DNA from: Candidatus Chisholmbacteria bacterium
GTDB taxonomy: Bacteria; Patescibacteriota; Microgenomatia; UBA1400; Chisholmbacteraceae
Direction of reading: 5' to 3'
Assembly: GCA_963704905.1 (NCBI GenBank)
Contig: CAVPHZ010000001.1
Location: 65,547 to 129,546, forward strand
Length of the DNA: 64,000 bases
The position numbers were made by a program, and so were the translations under genes. This document shows, piece by piece, positions 46,555 to 56,799 of the stretch. The number at the start of each line of letters is the position of its first letter. Position 1 is the stretch's first letter. The notes under the pieces are model-generated. The model saw nothing but the letters and a program-made list of their open reading frames with translations. It was not told the origin of the DNA and did no database searches.

Positions 46555-48405
46555 TTATTTTGAAAATGAACCAATTGTTGGGTTGACAATTTTTTCATAG
46601 TCTTGATATCTCATATCTATTGATTGGCTGTGAAGACCTGCATTGAAACTGATAGTTTTTTGGGTTTTAAGTTTCTCATCAACATATACCGGTAATTCAA
46701 ATATGTTTCCAAACGGAGGAATCGCACCAATCTCAATACCAGTTATTTCTATAACTTCTTGGGCTGATGCCATATGTAAGTCTTTCACGTTATATAATTT
46801 TTTAAAGGTCTTGTTGTCGATTCTTGTTGCTGCAGAAAGCACAAGCATCGCTGGTTTCTTGTCGGTATACATGATGAGTGCTTTTGCGCCTTGTTCTAAT
46901 TTTGTGCCTCGGACCTTGGCTGCTTGTTCGCTAGTGTAAATAGGTTCGTGCTTATAGCTCTTGAACTTCGCTTTGTTTTTTTTCAGCAATTCAGATATTT
47001 TTTCCAAGACTTCTTCTCCTGTAAAAGTTGTCTGTTTGGAGATGACTTTAATGTGGAGCTCTTCCAGCTGTGCATCATCGAGTGTTGAGGGAGCATCCAT
47101 GATAGATGTTCTCCCTCTTCCCGTTTGTGGAAAAGCCTGTACTTCTCGTAAATAGTCCTCGCCAAAATATGCCATGAGTAAGCGTTCGAACCCTTGAGCG
47201 CATCCACCGTGGGGTGGCGTTCCATATTCAAATGCTTGTAACATATGTCCAAATTGGTCTTCAATCTGCTCGTCAGAATACCCTAATATTTCAAATACCG
47301 ACCGGAGCACCTCCGGTCTATGAGAGCGAATGCTCCCCCCAGAAACCTCAAGGCCATTGCATACCAAGTCATATTGTGAAGTGATAATATTTCCAATGTT
47401 CTTTTTTTCAAGCAGCCATTTTTCGTGGTCCTCAGATACAGGTTGAGAGAATGGATTGTGAGTAAATGTCCAATTTCCTTCACCATCTTTTTCAAAAAAC
47501 GGAAAGTCAATAACCCATGCAAATGATAGAAGACCTTTCTCCTGTTCTTTGTTACTTCGCAGGTCAAATTTATCTGCTCCAAATTTTTTTAATGCTTCGT
47601 TGTAGGTAAACACCGGGAATGGTTTTTTTACTATTTTAGCGCCAATATTTTCTATAGCAAAAACTGTCATATCTTCGATCATTTGCATTACTTCTTTTCT
47701 TGTCGTAAAGCTCATTTCCATGTCAATTTGAGTATGTTCGAAACCTCTATCAGCTCTAGGATCCTCGTCTCTCAAGCAACGAGCTATTTGGAAGTATCGC
47801 TCAAAACCTGCTGTCATCAAGAGCTGTTTGTATTGTTGTGGACTTTGTGGAAGAGCAAAAAATTTCTCGGGTTGCAAGCGACTTGGTGTAATAAAGTCGC
47901 GAGAGCCTTCCGGTGTTGATTTTGTTAAAATTGGGGTTTCAATCTCGATAAAGTTATTTGAGAAAAGATACTCTCGAGCCGCTTGTACGTAGGCTGACCT
48001 CAACCTGATGTTTCTCTGTAATCGTTTTCGTCGCAAGTCTAAATATCTGTATTTTAATCGTATCTCTTCTTCGATGTTGTATCCATCGGTATCAAGAGGA
48101 AACGGCATCTCTTTTGACTGGTTGAGCACGACAACACTCAACTCCTCAACTTCAACAGTTCCTGTATGTAAATTTGGATTGATGAGATGGTTCGGGCGTC
48201 TTTTTACTCTGCCTTCAATTTCGACAACGAATTCGGGTCGGAGTCTTTTTAGATCTTTTCCACCCACTACTTGAACTAATCCTGTACGGTCGCGAAGATC
48301 GATAAATACAACTTTCCCATGATCACGCCTGGAATGAATCCAACCTTTAAGAAGTACTTTCTGTTCAATTTTATCTATGGTTTCACTCGCAAGCGTTCGA
48401 ATCAT
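46555..48405 (-). CDS. aspS: Aspartate--tRNA ligase (archaeal/eukaryal short type, no GAD insertion) fused to a C-terminal YbaK/ProX-like aminoacyl-tRNA deacylase domain
   Basis: The N-terminus has an anticodon-binding OB fold. Class II motifs are 'FERYFQIARCLRDED' and 'GGSIRSHRPEV...GTPPHGGCAQGFERLLM'. The core is about 445 aa. The last 170 aa or so contain 'ASAQEVIEITGIEIGAIPPFG', which matches YbaK 'ASPEEVEEITGYPVGGVSPFG'. Confidence 0.75.
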   Translation of the reverse strand: MIRTLASETIDKIEQKVLLKGWIHSRRDHGKVVFIDLRDRTGLVQVVGGKDLKRLRPEFVVEIEGRVKRRPNHLINPNLHTGTVEVEELSVVVLNQSKEMPFPLDTDGYNIEEEIRLKYRYLDLRRKRLQRNIRLRSAYVQAAREYLFSNNFIEIETPILTKSTPEGSRDFITPSRLQPEKFFALPQSPQQYKQLLMTAGFERYFQIARCLRDEDPRADRGFEHTQIDMEMSFTTRKEVMQMIEDMTVFAIENIGAKIVKKPFPVFTYNEALKKFGADKFDLRSNKEQEKGLLSFAWVIDFPFFEKDGEGNWTFTHNPFSQPVSEDHEKWLLEKKNIGNIITSQYDLVCNGLEVSGGSIRSHRPEVLRSVFEILGYSDEQIEDQFGHMLQAFEYGTPPHGGCAQGFERLLMAYFGEDYLREVQAFPQTGRGRTSIMDAPSTLDDAQLEELHIKVISKQTTFTGEEVLEKISELLKKNKAKFKSYKHEPIYTSEQAAKVRGTKLEQGAKALIMYTDKKPAMLVLSAATRIDNKTFKKLYNVKDLHMASAQEVIEITGIEIGAIPPFGNIFELPVYVDEKLKTQKTISFNAGLHSQSIDMRYQDYEKIVNPTIGSFSK

Positions 48406-48520
48406 AATTTTCTGATGGCTGTATTGTAACTTCTTCCCTGGTACTTGACAAGCCTGGCGCTCGAGATGAATCTCGAGCATCACTACTTTATTTCAATCAA
48501 AATTCTCTCTAGAAAATAGT

Positions 48521-50212
48521 TTATTTTCGATCGATTTGCTGTGTTGATAAAATATCTTTTATCAATAGCTGTATTGTTGCTCTTCCTTTCCACTCATTCC
48601 TGTCGAGTGTGCAGACAATATCGATCTTAGACCCATTTGAAAGTTGAGAAAGTAAGAATCCTCTATTGAACCCGATTGCATCAAACGTGTTGTTACTACA
48701 CTCAAGCGTTAACTTTAGATGTTTTCCCTCCATACCTACACCTCTGCTGTCGATGAGATTACAGTTTCTTATTGCAAACGTTGGTCTGGAATTTCCCATT
48801 CCAAATGGTTCAAATATTTTTAATTCACGTAGAAGATCCCAGTGAATGTCTGCTCCAGAAATCTCGCAATCTATTGATAGACGTTTTTCTAAATGTTCCT
48901 CTGTAATGTGTTTTTCAGCTAACTCGATCATTAATGTTTTAAATTTTTCTAGATTTTTTGTTTCGAGCGTAAATCCGGCTGCCATTGGATGCCCGCCTGC
49001 GTCAATAAGATGCTCTTCAGTTTGACGAATTGCTTCGATAATATTGAATCCTGAAATTGAACGAGCGGAAGCTTTGGATACACGTTTTCCTTTTGAGATT
49101 ATAATTGCTGGACGATAGTACGACTCCACCATTTTTCCAGCTACTAGCCCGATGAGGCCTTCATGAAACTCACTATGATCGATGATGATAATTTTTGCAT
49201 CATGATTTCCATCGTTATCGTATAGCTCTTTTGCTTGAAATACTGCTTCTTCTGTCATGAGCTGTCTTCTTTTGTTCGTCTCATTAAGTGTGCTAATAAG
49301 TTGTTTGGCCCGCATTTTGTCTTTTGTACAAAGTAAACGTAGAGAGTCAAGAGCGTGCTCCAACCTACCCATCGCATTGATCCGGGGAGCAATCATGAAA
49401 TTGATATGATATGTTCCAAGATCCATTGGATTTAATCCTGCTTCTAGGAAGAGTTCTAACAAACCAACTCTTTGGGTCTTTTGCAGACTCTCTAAACCAT
49501 GTTTGACTATTGATCGATTAGGGCCAACGAGCGAGACCATATCTGCCACGGTACCAATTGCGGCAAGATCTAATAAGCTGTTCAATTTGGTGGATATTTT
49601 ACTTTTCTTCACTATCTCTTTTGCAAACATCCAGGTGACTCCTGCTCCTGCCAGCAAGGTTGTGTGGACTATTGCATGTGCATTGGGAACTATAGATGTT
49701 TTTTGATGATGATCACAGATAAGGACATCAACCCCTTTTTTTTGAGCGTAATTCACCGCGTTATAAGCGACTATCCCATTATCAACAGTAATAATGAGTG
49801 TGGGTTTTTTACGCTTGCTTTCGCTAAGAAGGTCATCGATTCCTTTCTTTGATAAACCGTATCCATGCTTCTCTCGATGAGGAATAAATGGAAGAACGTT
49901 TGCTTTAAGCGAGTTTAATGTTTCCCAAAGGATTGCGGTTGAACAAATACCATCCGCGTCATAATCGCCATAGATAATGATGTTCTCTTTGACTTTGATG
50001 GCTTTTTCAATTCTTCTGACTGCTTTTTGTAGATTTATTCTGTTGATTCCAACCTGAGAAAGCGTTAACTTTTTCGGTTTATGAGGTGATAAAAATATTT
50101 CAACATTTTCTTTTCCAGTTATCCCACGATTTCTAAGGAGTGATTGGATGATTTCTTCTCTTCGCTTTTCTTGGGTTTTTGCTTTGATGATCTGTTTAAT
50201 TTCCCACTTCAT
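48521..50212 (-). CDS. recJ: Single-stranded-DNA-specific exonuclease RecJ
   Basis: DHH motifs are 'YGDYDADGI', 'ICDHHQ' and 'DNGI'. DHHA1 is 'GGHPMAAG'. Confidence 0.85.
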   Translation of the reverse strand: MKWEIKQIIKAKTQEKRREEIIQSLLRNRGITGKENVEIFLSPHKPKKLTLSQVGINRINLQKAVRRIEKAIKVKENIIIYGDYDADGICSTAILWETLNSLKANVLPFIPHREKHGYGLSKKGIDDLLSESKRKKPTLIITVDNGIVAYNAVNYAQKKGVDVLICDHHQKTSIVPNAHAIVHTTLLAGAGVTWMFAKEIVKKSKISTKLNSLLDLAAIGTVADMVSLVGPNRSIVKHGLESLQKTQRVGLLELFLEAGLNPMDLGTYHINFMIAPRINAMGRLEHALDSLRLLCTKDKMRAKQLISTLNETNKRRQLMTEEAVFQAKELYDNDGNHDAKIIIIDHSEFHEGLIGLVAGKMVESYYRPAIIISKGKRVSKASARSISGFNIIEAIRQTEEHLIDAGGHPMAAGFTLETKNLEKFKTLMIELAEKHITEEHLEKRLSIDCEISGADIHWDLLRELKIFEPFGMGNSRPTFAIRNCNLIDSRGVGMEGKHLKLTLECSNNTFDAIGFNRGFLLSQLSNGSKIDIVCTLDRNEWKGRATIQLLIKDILSTQQIDRK

Positions 50213-50264
50213 GAATTTATGATCGATTATTTTTTAATGCACACGTTATAATAGTCTACAGGAT

Positions 50265-51692
50265 ATGATAACTCTCTCTCTACCCACTCTTGTCGTTAGC
50301 ATTCTTTCTACACTTTATGAAAACCGCTTTCAAGGCTATATCGTCGGAGGAGCAGTTCGAGATGTGATGCAAAAAAAGCCAGTTTATGATTGGGATTTCA
50401 CTACAAATGCCGTACCGCAGCAAATACAGAATCTGTTTAGAGAAAGTTTTTATGACAATGAATTTGGAACTGTACGAGTTGCTGGAAAGCATTTAAATAT
50501 TCAATTCCAACTTCCATCGTCTGACTGGGATGACATCCTGTTTGATATTACTACGTATCGCACGGAGTCCGGATATAGTGATCGTCGACGTCCAGATACG
50601 GTACGCTGGGGAACTGATATTCATGAAGATCTTTCTCGTCGGGATTTTACGATTAATGCAATGGCATTTAAACCAAAATCGGCTGAGCGATTAAAGCAGG
50701 CAGTAAAAATATCTAAAGGAAGATCAACTGTCGATCTTCGAATGACAATTGTTGATCCGTATTATGGAAGGGTTGATCTTTCGAAGAAACTGATTAAAAC
50801 CGTTGGTGATCCGGATATGCGGTTCAATGAAGACGCTCTCCGCATGATACGTGCAATTCGCATTGGTTCCCAACTTGCATTTCAAGTCGAAGGAAAAACC
50901 CTTGAGTCAATTCGTAAAAATTCTGGACTGCTGCGACATGTAAGTTGGGAAAGAACTCGAGATGAATTGTTAAAAATAATATGCTCCGAGTATCCAGCTG
51001 ATGGAGTATTGCTACTCCATTCTTCCGGTTTGTTGGACTATATTTTGCCAGAGCTCCTCGAATCGAGAGATGTTCCTCAAGCTGGGCATCATATTTATGA
51101 TGTATGGACACACAGTATTGAAAGTCTGCGACATTGTCCTTCTACTGATCCCTTGGTTCGCTTAGCTGCTCTCCTACACGATGTTGGCAAGCCCAGAGCC
51201 TTTCGTGATACCGATGGAAAGATAACTTTCTATAACCATGAGATGATCGGAGCTAAGATGGTTCTTTCTATTGCCGATCGATTACGATTGTCAAAAAAAG
51301 AGAAAGAGAGACTTTACACTCTGGTTCGTTGGCACATGTTTGCATATGATCCGAAAATGACAGATGCTTCCATTCGACGGTTCATTCGAAGAGTTGGAGT
51401 AGAAAATATTAATGACATGATGCTATTGCGCGTTGGAGATCGGAAGGGTGGTGGAAGTAAAGCTACATCCTGGAGGCTGAGAGAACTGCAACAGCGGATT
51501 GGAGACCAACTTTATGAACCTATGACTGTGCGAGATTTGAAAATAAATGGTCATGATTTAATGAAAGCACTCGGTATGGAACCTGGACCAAAAATTGGAG
51601 AAATATTAAATACGCTTTTCGAAGAAGTGATGGAAGATTCTAAAAATAATGAACGAGAATATTTACTACAGAGAGCAAAAGAATTAACTTAG
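50265..51692 (+). CDS. cca: CCA tRNA nucleotidyltransferase / poly(A) polymerase family with HD domain
   Basis: 'IVGGAVRDVM...DWDFTT' is the Pol-beta nucleotidyltransferase motif. The HD domain is 'LLHDVGKP'. Confidence 0.8.
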   Translation: MITLSLPTLVVSILSTLYENRFQGYIVGGAVRDVMQKKPVYDWDFTTNAVPQQIQNLFRESFYDNEFGTVRVAGKHLNIQFQLPSSDWDDILFDITTYRTESGYSDRRRPDTVRWGTDIHEDLSRRDFTINAMAFKPKSAERLKQAVKISKGRSTVDLRMTIVDPYYGRVDLSKKLIKTVGDPDMRFNEDALRMIRAIRIGSQLAFQVEGKTLESIRKNSGLLRHVSWERTRDELLKIICSEYPADGVLLLHSSGLLDYILPELLESRDVPQAGHHIYDVWTHSIESLRHCPSTDPLVRLAALLHDVGKPRAFRDTDGKITFYNHEMIGAKMVLSIADRLRLSKKEKERLYTLVRWHMFAYDPKMTDASIRRFIRRVGVENINDMMLLRVGDRKGGGSKATSWRLRELQQRIGDQLYEPMTVRDLKINGHDLMKALGMEPGPKIGEILNTLFEEVMEDSKNNEREYLLQRAKELT

Positions 51693-51782
51693 CTTTTCAA
51701 CTATTTTCCTCATTAACAATATTTGAGATAGCTGTCCTTTGACAGATGAAGGAAACTCACTGTAAACAAACTGAGGTAATAT

Positions 51783-52661
51783 TTAATGCTTTTTTGTCTT
51801 GAGATTCTCCCAGACCACGAGTAGGGGAGCGGCAGTAAATGTAGAACTATACGTTCCGGCTATAGTTCCTATCAGGAGTGCTAGCACAAACCAGTGGATC
51901 GTCACACCACCCATGAGAAAGAGTGATACCAACATAAAGATAATGGTCATTGAGTTGTTCAAACTTCTACCAAGGGTTTCAGCTACAGATAGATTTACGA
52001 TGTCTTCAAATGATGCTTTCGGATAGCGCCTGAGTGACTCTCTAATCCTGTCGTACACCACAATCGTGTCGTGAACTGAGAAGGAAAGCGTTGTAAGAAC
52101 CGCTGTTACGAATAAAGTATCTACTTCCACGTTTGCGAAATGACCAAGCAAACTAAACATACCAAGGAGTATTACCGTATCATGAAACATTGCCACTATC
52201 GCGCAAACACCATACTTTATTTCTTTAAACCGATAGGCGACGAAAAGAAGAATAAAGATCGATGCAATCACCGTGGCGGTAACTGTTTTTGTTAATAGTT
52301 CTTTTCCAATGGTTGGTCCAACAGTTTCAAATCGTCTTTCCTCAATTTCGCCTAGTTCATTTTGTATTTTGCCGATAAGTTTTTGCTTTTCTTCTTGAGT
52401 TAGAGATTTAGTACGAAGCAAGGAGGTCCCTTGTCCAGTCTGTTGAATAGCATGGATTTCATATTCCGATCCAATAGTTTCTCTAATTGAAGTTTCGTTA
52501 ACATCTATTCCTTCATTTGCGGTAATTGATATTTCTAACAATGCTCCTCCAGTAAAATCAATTGCTGGTTTTACTCCATAGATAATAAGTGAGACTGTGC
52601 TTGGTATCAAAATCAGCAGCGAAATTACGAAATAGATGATCTTAAAACGCATGAGTTTCAT
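51783..52661 (-). CDS. secF: Protein translocase subunit SecF
   Basis: It has six TM segments. 'IHDTVILLG...VHDTIVVYDRIRE' are the SecF signatures. It is adjacent to secD. Confidence 0.85.
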   Translation of the reverse strand: MKLMRFKIIYFVISLLILIPSTVSLIIYGVKPAIDFTGGALLEISITANEGIDVNETSIRETIGSEYEIHAIQQTGQGTSLLRTKSLTQEEKQKLIGKIQNELGEIEERRFETVGPTIGKELLTKTVTATVIASIFILLFVAYRFKEIKYGVCAIVAMFHDTVILLGMFSLLGHFANVEVDTLFVTAVLTTLSFSVHDTIVVYDRIRESLRRYPKASFEDIVNLSVAETLGRSLNNSMTIIFMLVSLFLMGGVTIHWFVLALLIGTIAGTYSSTFTAAPLLVVWENLKTKKH

Positions 52662-52664
52662 ATA

Positions 52665-54065
52665 CTACCGCTGCTCCTCTTCGGCTTTTGTGTATAGCAC
52701 CCGAAGGAATGTCCTTGTTACTACAATTCCTGTAAATAAGCTTATGAGTACTCCAATCCCTAGTGTCAGAGCAAATCCCCTAGCCATACCTGACGTGGGA
52801 AGAAATGACCATTCAAATGGGTTTAATAAGACGAATGTTGTTAATAGTGTTGCCACATTTGCGTCCTTTATGCTATCCCAAGCGCGTCCGAATCCTAACT
52901 CCATCGCAGCTTTCCACGGTTTTCCGCTTCTTTCTTCTTCTTTCATTCGCTCGAAAATCAGAATATTTGCATCCACTGCCATGCCAACTGAGAGAATGAA
53001 TCCTGCAAGACCTGGGAGTGAAATTGTGATTGGAATAAGTTTGTAGAGAGCAAGAGTTAAGAGTCCATAGACTATCAATGCTAAATCAGCAATTACTCCA
53101 AGCCAGCCATAATACACTGCCATGAATCCCATGACTAAGCTTAGACCGATTACTCCGGCCCTGATACTCTTTGTGACCGAATCTTGGCCAAGTGTTGCAC
53201 CGACGGTTCGCTCTTCGATTACTTCTATAGGAACTGGTAGTGCTCCAGCATTTAACTGAATAGCCAAGCTTTTAGCTTCATCGAGAGTAAAGTCACCGCT
53301 GATAACCGCCTCTCCTGTGGATATTGTTTGATTCACGATCGGGGCTGTGAGAAGTAACTCATCAAGAAAGATAGCAACTCGTTTCCCGACATTCTGTTTC
53401 GTCACCTCTCCGAATTTATCTTTCCCGTCTCCAGAAAAGGTGAGTGCAACAACCGGACTTCCGCTTCGCGTTTGGTCAAATTGCACTTGAGCTTTGGCTA
53501 GGTCTTTTCCTGTTAGACCAGTTGGTATAAATTCGTTGATTGCTGGTTGATTGATAACTGAGGGACTCGACTCTTCGAATTCCTCCCCTTCTTTTGGAGG
53601 TGGTTCCTGGCGAAAGTCAAGTTGAGCTGTTTGACCAATGAGCGCTATGGCTTCTTGTGTATCTGTGATCCCCGGTAATTCGACAATTATTCGATACACA
53701 TTTTCATTTACTGAAGTTTGAATGAGTGGTTCTGCCACCCCATAGAGATCAACTCTGCGCGATATGATTTCTGTTGCACTATTTAGGGCATCGTTTCTAT
53801 CAACCTCTGGTATTCCTGACATATCAGCTTCAAATGCGAGATGGGTTCCACCCTTCAGATCAAGACCTTGGCGGATTTCAAGATCACGATAGAAACGAAC
53901 TGGACCAATATTTAACTTTAGTGGTGGGCGATACAATGTGTATTCAATTTTTTTTGAACCCAAGGAGAGATTGACTGGAATTTTACCAGGAAGATCAATG
54001 TATGCTGCGAGTAGTGTAAAGAGAAGGACAATAAAAAATAACTTCTTTGGCTTCTTCATAACCAT
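52665..54065 (-). CDS. secD: Protein translocase subunit SecD
   Basis: A periplasmic domain plus a C-terminal 6-TM bundle. 'GMAVDANILIFERMKEE' is present. Confidence 0.85.
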   Translation of the reverse strand: MVMKKPKKLFFIVLLFTLLAAYIDLPGKIPVNLSLGSKKIEYTLYRPPLKLNIGPVRFYRDLEIRQGLDLKGGTHLAFEADMSGIPEVDRNDALNSATEIISRRVDLYGVAEPLIQTSVNENVYRIIVELPGITDTQEAIALIGQTAQLDFRQEPPPKEGEEFEESSPSVINQPAINEFIPTGLTGKDLAKAQVQFDQTRSGSPVVALTFSGDGKDKFGEVTKQNVGKRVAIFLDELLLTAPIVNQTISTGEAVISGDFTLDEAKSLAIQLNAGALPVPIEVIEERTVGATLGQDSVTKSIRAGVIGLSLVMGFMAVYYGWLGVIADLALIVYGLLTLALYKLIPITISLPGLAGFILSVGMAVDANILIFERMKEEERSGKPWKAAMELGFGRAWDSIKDANVATLLTTFVLLNPFEWSFLPTSGMARGFALTLGIGVLISLFTGIVVTRTFLRVLYTKAEEEQR

Positions 54066-54126
54066 TGCATTATAACGCGTCGAGTTGAGTTGTACAGCGG
54101 TTTTATTGAGAGATCTTAGAAGTACG

Positions 54127-54327
54127 TTAGGCTTTTCGTTTTGAGAAGAGACTACTCTTTAATGCCAGCTGTCTAATACCGGCGAAGGTATAGGTTACTT
54201 TTCCAGTTTCTAGGCTTGTTTTAACTTCTACCGTATCTCCAATTCGAACTCCAACTTTTTTAACAAAATCAGCTGGTACTGTCACTGCTGTCGAGTTTCC
54301 AGCTCTGATCACTTTCTGTTTCATCAT
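54127..54327 (-). CDS. AbrB/MazE/SpoVT-family swapped-hairpin small DNA-binding protein
   Basis: 'VIRAGNSTAVTVPADFVKKVGVRIGDTVEV' parallels MazE '[26 protein letters not shown]'. It is 66 aa. Confidence 0.5.
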   Translation of the reverse strand: MMKQKVIRAGNSTAVTVPADFVKKVGVRIGDTVEVKTSLETGKVTYTFAGIRQLALKSSLFSKRKA

Positions 54328-54328
54328 T

Positions 54329-54916
54329 TTATTCAGATCTCACTAATTCTTCCTCATCACCAATTATCATCACTCGGGATTCTGTCAATATCCCTAATAA
54401 AAATGGATCCCTTCGACGTCTACGAAACTCAAATTCATCCACAGCCATGACTGTGTAGTTAATTTCTTGTTTTTTCCGAGCTTCTTCTTCACGGACCAAG
54501 ACAGAGAGTTGCGGAAGTACGATATTCCCTACTACAAGCAGATCTACCTCACTATCCTGACGAGGTTTTCTACGAATATACCTTCCGGATAACATGACAA
54601 ATTTTACTTTTCCAAGCTTTTTTTGGTGTTTTCTGATAGCCCCTCCTAATCCTGAAGTTTTGACAACCAGTTGCAATAACTCTTGGTAAAACGGATAGTC
54701 TTTTCTAAATGTGTAATACAATCTGTTACCTCTTGGTTCACTTCGTGTCATCCCTCGTTTTTGCATTCTGCCAAGTTCTCTTCTAACTGCATTTATTTCC
54801 TCGTCTACCTTACGAGTAAGTTGACGAACATAAAACATCTCCTGAGGGTCTTGAAGAAAAACTTTTAAAAGTTTTGCTCTCACTCGTGAGACCATAAAAT
54901 CTGTTAGCTTTGCCAT
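54329..54916 (-). CDS. Winged-HTH + minimal nucleotidyltransferase (MNT, Pol-beta fold) protein
   Basis: The N-terminus is wHTH-like ('YVRQLTRKVDEEINAVRRELGRMQKRGM...GNRLYYTF'). 'LSGRYIRRKPRQDSEVDLLVVG' matches the MNT motif GSx(9-13)DxD. Confidence 0.5.
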   Translation of the reverse strand: MAKLTDFMVSRVRAKLLKVFLQDPQEMFYVRQLTRKVDEEINAVRRELGRMQKRGMTRSEPRGNRLYYTFRKDYPFYQELLQLVVKTSGLGGAIRKHQKKLGKVKFVMLSGRYIRRKPRQDSEVDLLVVGNIVLPQLSVLVREEEARKKQEINYTVMAVDEFEFRRRRRDPFLLGILTESRVMIIGDEEELVRSE

Positions 54917-55070
54917 ACGTTCTCCTTTATTAAAGCCCCAATCTCTCGGGGCAGTATTGAAGCATATATCGGTTATGAGATGTGCTCACAATAAGTGCTC
55001 AATCTCAATAGAGTAATCTTATTTATCTGTTACAAGTGAGAGTATTGTATACGAAATGTCTACTAGAAGT

Positions 55071-56237
55071 CTAGTAGTCTACGGTATTTCCGATCGGAAG
55101 AACCTCAATCCATACTCTTCCAGGGGAGAAGATGATTTCTTTTCCTGTTTTATCTGTAAAAATAGTACGTTCTTCTCTGTCAAGTTTTTTCCAGTTCGCT
55201 TCAACTACTTTTCCATCTTGGAATACTAGGGCTGTTCCTGAACCAGTTGTTTTGTAAAGGAGATGCTTGAGCTCGTCAATAGGACCCGTTTCTCGAGCAA
55301 ACTGAACAATTATGACTTTGCTATTTAGCTGTTCATCAGCATTTAAATCCTTATGTTCTCTCCCGCCATTGGAGCGAGTATACTGTTTCATCTCTGGGGA
55401 GTAGCTCCATGAGACATCATACTCATTAGAATCCCAAAATTTGAATGATATGTTTGTTGCATCATCTCCAGTATTTTCTCTTTCCTCAAATTTCCATGAT
55501 TGAAATCTATCTTGCCAATCTACACCTGCTTGATCTTCGTTGGACCACCCTCTATCTTCTCCTATCTTCCAAAGCTTCTCAGTAGTTGAGTACATCGTAT
55601 GTTCTGTCGCGACTGTCCTTCCAAGCCTTTCGTAGTCTCTCCAGAAAGTTGGATAACCAATCGAAAATTGATTTAGATCGTTTCCGTTCCTTCCACCCCA
55701 CCCATAATCTTGAATTTGACCTAAGGCGTTTGCTGGTCCAGCTAGATTTGCACCTCCCACATGTGCGTACAACGGAGTTTCTCCATACTCAGATGCCCAG
55801 TCAAGGTAATAGGTTCGTGCACTGCGAACCGGTCCTAATAGTGTTTCTTTGGCCTGAGCGTCACATAAATAAACAGCAAGAAAACGAGTGATTCCCCCTT
55901 CAGCAACTGCTTCATAAATAACATCGGCTGTATTTAGACCTGATTGTGGTCGAGATTCTTCGTGGTTTTCAATCATTACTGTAAGTGGTCGCCGCTGCTC
56001 CCAGGCTTCTTTCTCTGTTTTAGTGTAAAGCCTTCCGTTGAGCGGGCATTGTTCTGTTCTCGGCTCTGAAGGATCGATTGTCAATCTTCCCCCGTTATTT
56101 ATTGGGGCTTCGAAATCGAAATTTGGAGACGAGCGAAGATAATTAAATGTTGCATAAGATATTCCTGTTGTTAGTAGGTAGAGACCTAAACCAGCGATGA
56201 TGGGGAGAAGCTTGGTTGGAAGATTGGCAGTTTTCAT
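55071..56237 (-). CDS. DUF3048 (YerB-like) secreted or membrane-anchored protein
   Basis: 'VMIENHEESRPQSGLNTADVIYEAVAEGGITRFLAVY' matches the DUF3048 core. The N-terminus is hydrophobic. Confidence 0.65.
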   Translation of the reverse strand: MKTANLPTKLLPIIAGLGLYLLTTGISYATFNYLRSSPNFDFEAPINNGGRLTIDPSEPRTEQCPLNGRLYTKTEKEAWEQRRPLTVMIENHEESRPQSGLNTADVIYEAVAEGGITRFLAVYLCDAQAKETLLGPVRSARTYYLDWASEYGETPLYAHVGGANLAGPANALGQIQDYGWGGRNGNDLNQFSIGYPTFWRDYERLGRTVATEHTMYSTTEKLWKIGEDRGWSNEDQAGVDWQDRFQSWKFEERENTGDDATNISFKFWDSNEYDVSWSYSPEMKQYTRSNGGREHKDLNADEQLNSKVIIVQFARETGPIDELKHLLYKTTGSGTALVFQDGKVVEANWKKLDREERTIFTDKTGKEIIFSPGRVWIEVLPIGNTVDY

Positions 56238-56334
56238 GATATCTCTTGAGACTCTTTTCTTGAGAAAGGCACAATATTGTATTAAACCATGACTGGGAAG
56301 GTTTCGTCCAGAGCCTAATTTCCTCCGGAATGAG

Positions 56335-56799
56335 TTATTTTACCTGTACAGCTGTCTGTATCGTTTCTTTTTCTTCTTTGCTTAATTCCGGTCCGTCAGT
56401 TTTTCCATTTTTTATCCTCTTTGCATAAATTCGTGTTTGTTCTCTACTATGCAGTGAGCTAATGACAATCCCATCGTCATTTAGATCCAGAAGCGCCAAG
56501 CAAAAGCTCTGATTACCTCCAGTATCAGAAAATGGATTAAACCGTACAAATCCCACTTTTTGAATGTGATTTATTGCATCCTGTTCCAATCGCTCGATCC
56601 ATTTTTCTAATTCCTGGGTTGCTTTTTTTTGTTCCATTAACTTCGTATTTGCATTTTCTAGCAACTCCCTAAGTTCTTTCTTTTTAATTCCAGCTGTCAA
56701 TCGTTGATACCGTAACATCATCCGAACAAGTAACACAGTGAGTGCAACAACCCAGATTAATAAAACTACAATGCTGGTATTTATTAGTGTGGGATTCAT
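56335..56799 (-). CDS. DUF4446 family membrane protein
   Basis: A TM segment plus 'VGFVRFNPFSDTGGNQSFCLALLDLNDDGIVISSLHSREQTRIYAKR' (DUF4446 core). The internal ATG 'MNPTL' is preferred as the start. Confidence 0.6.
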   Translation of the reverse strand: MNPTLINTSIVVLLIWVVALTVLLVRMMLRYQRLTAGIKKKELRELLENANTKLMEQKKATQELEKWIERLEQDAINHIQKVGFVRFNPFSDTGGNQSFCLALLDLNDDGIVISSLHSREQTRIYAKRIKNGKTDGPELSKEEKETIQTAVQVK

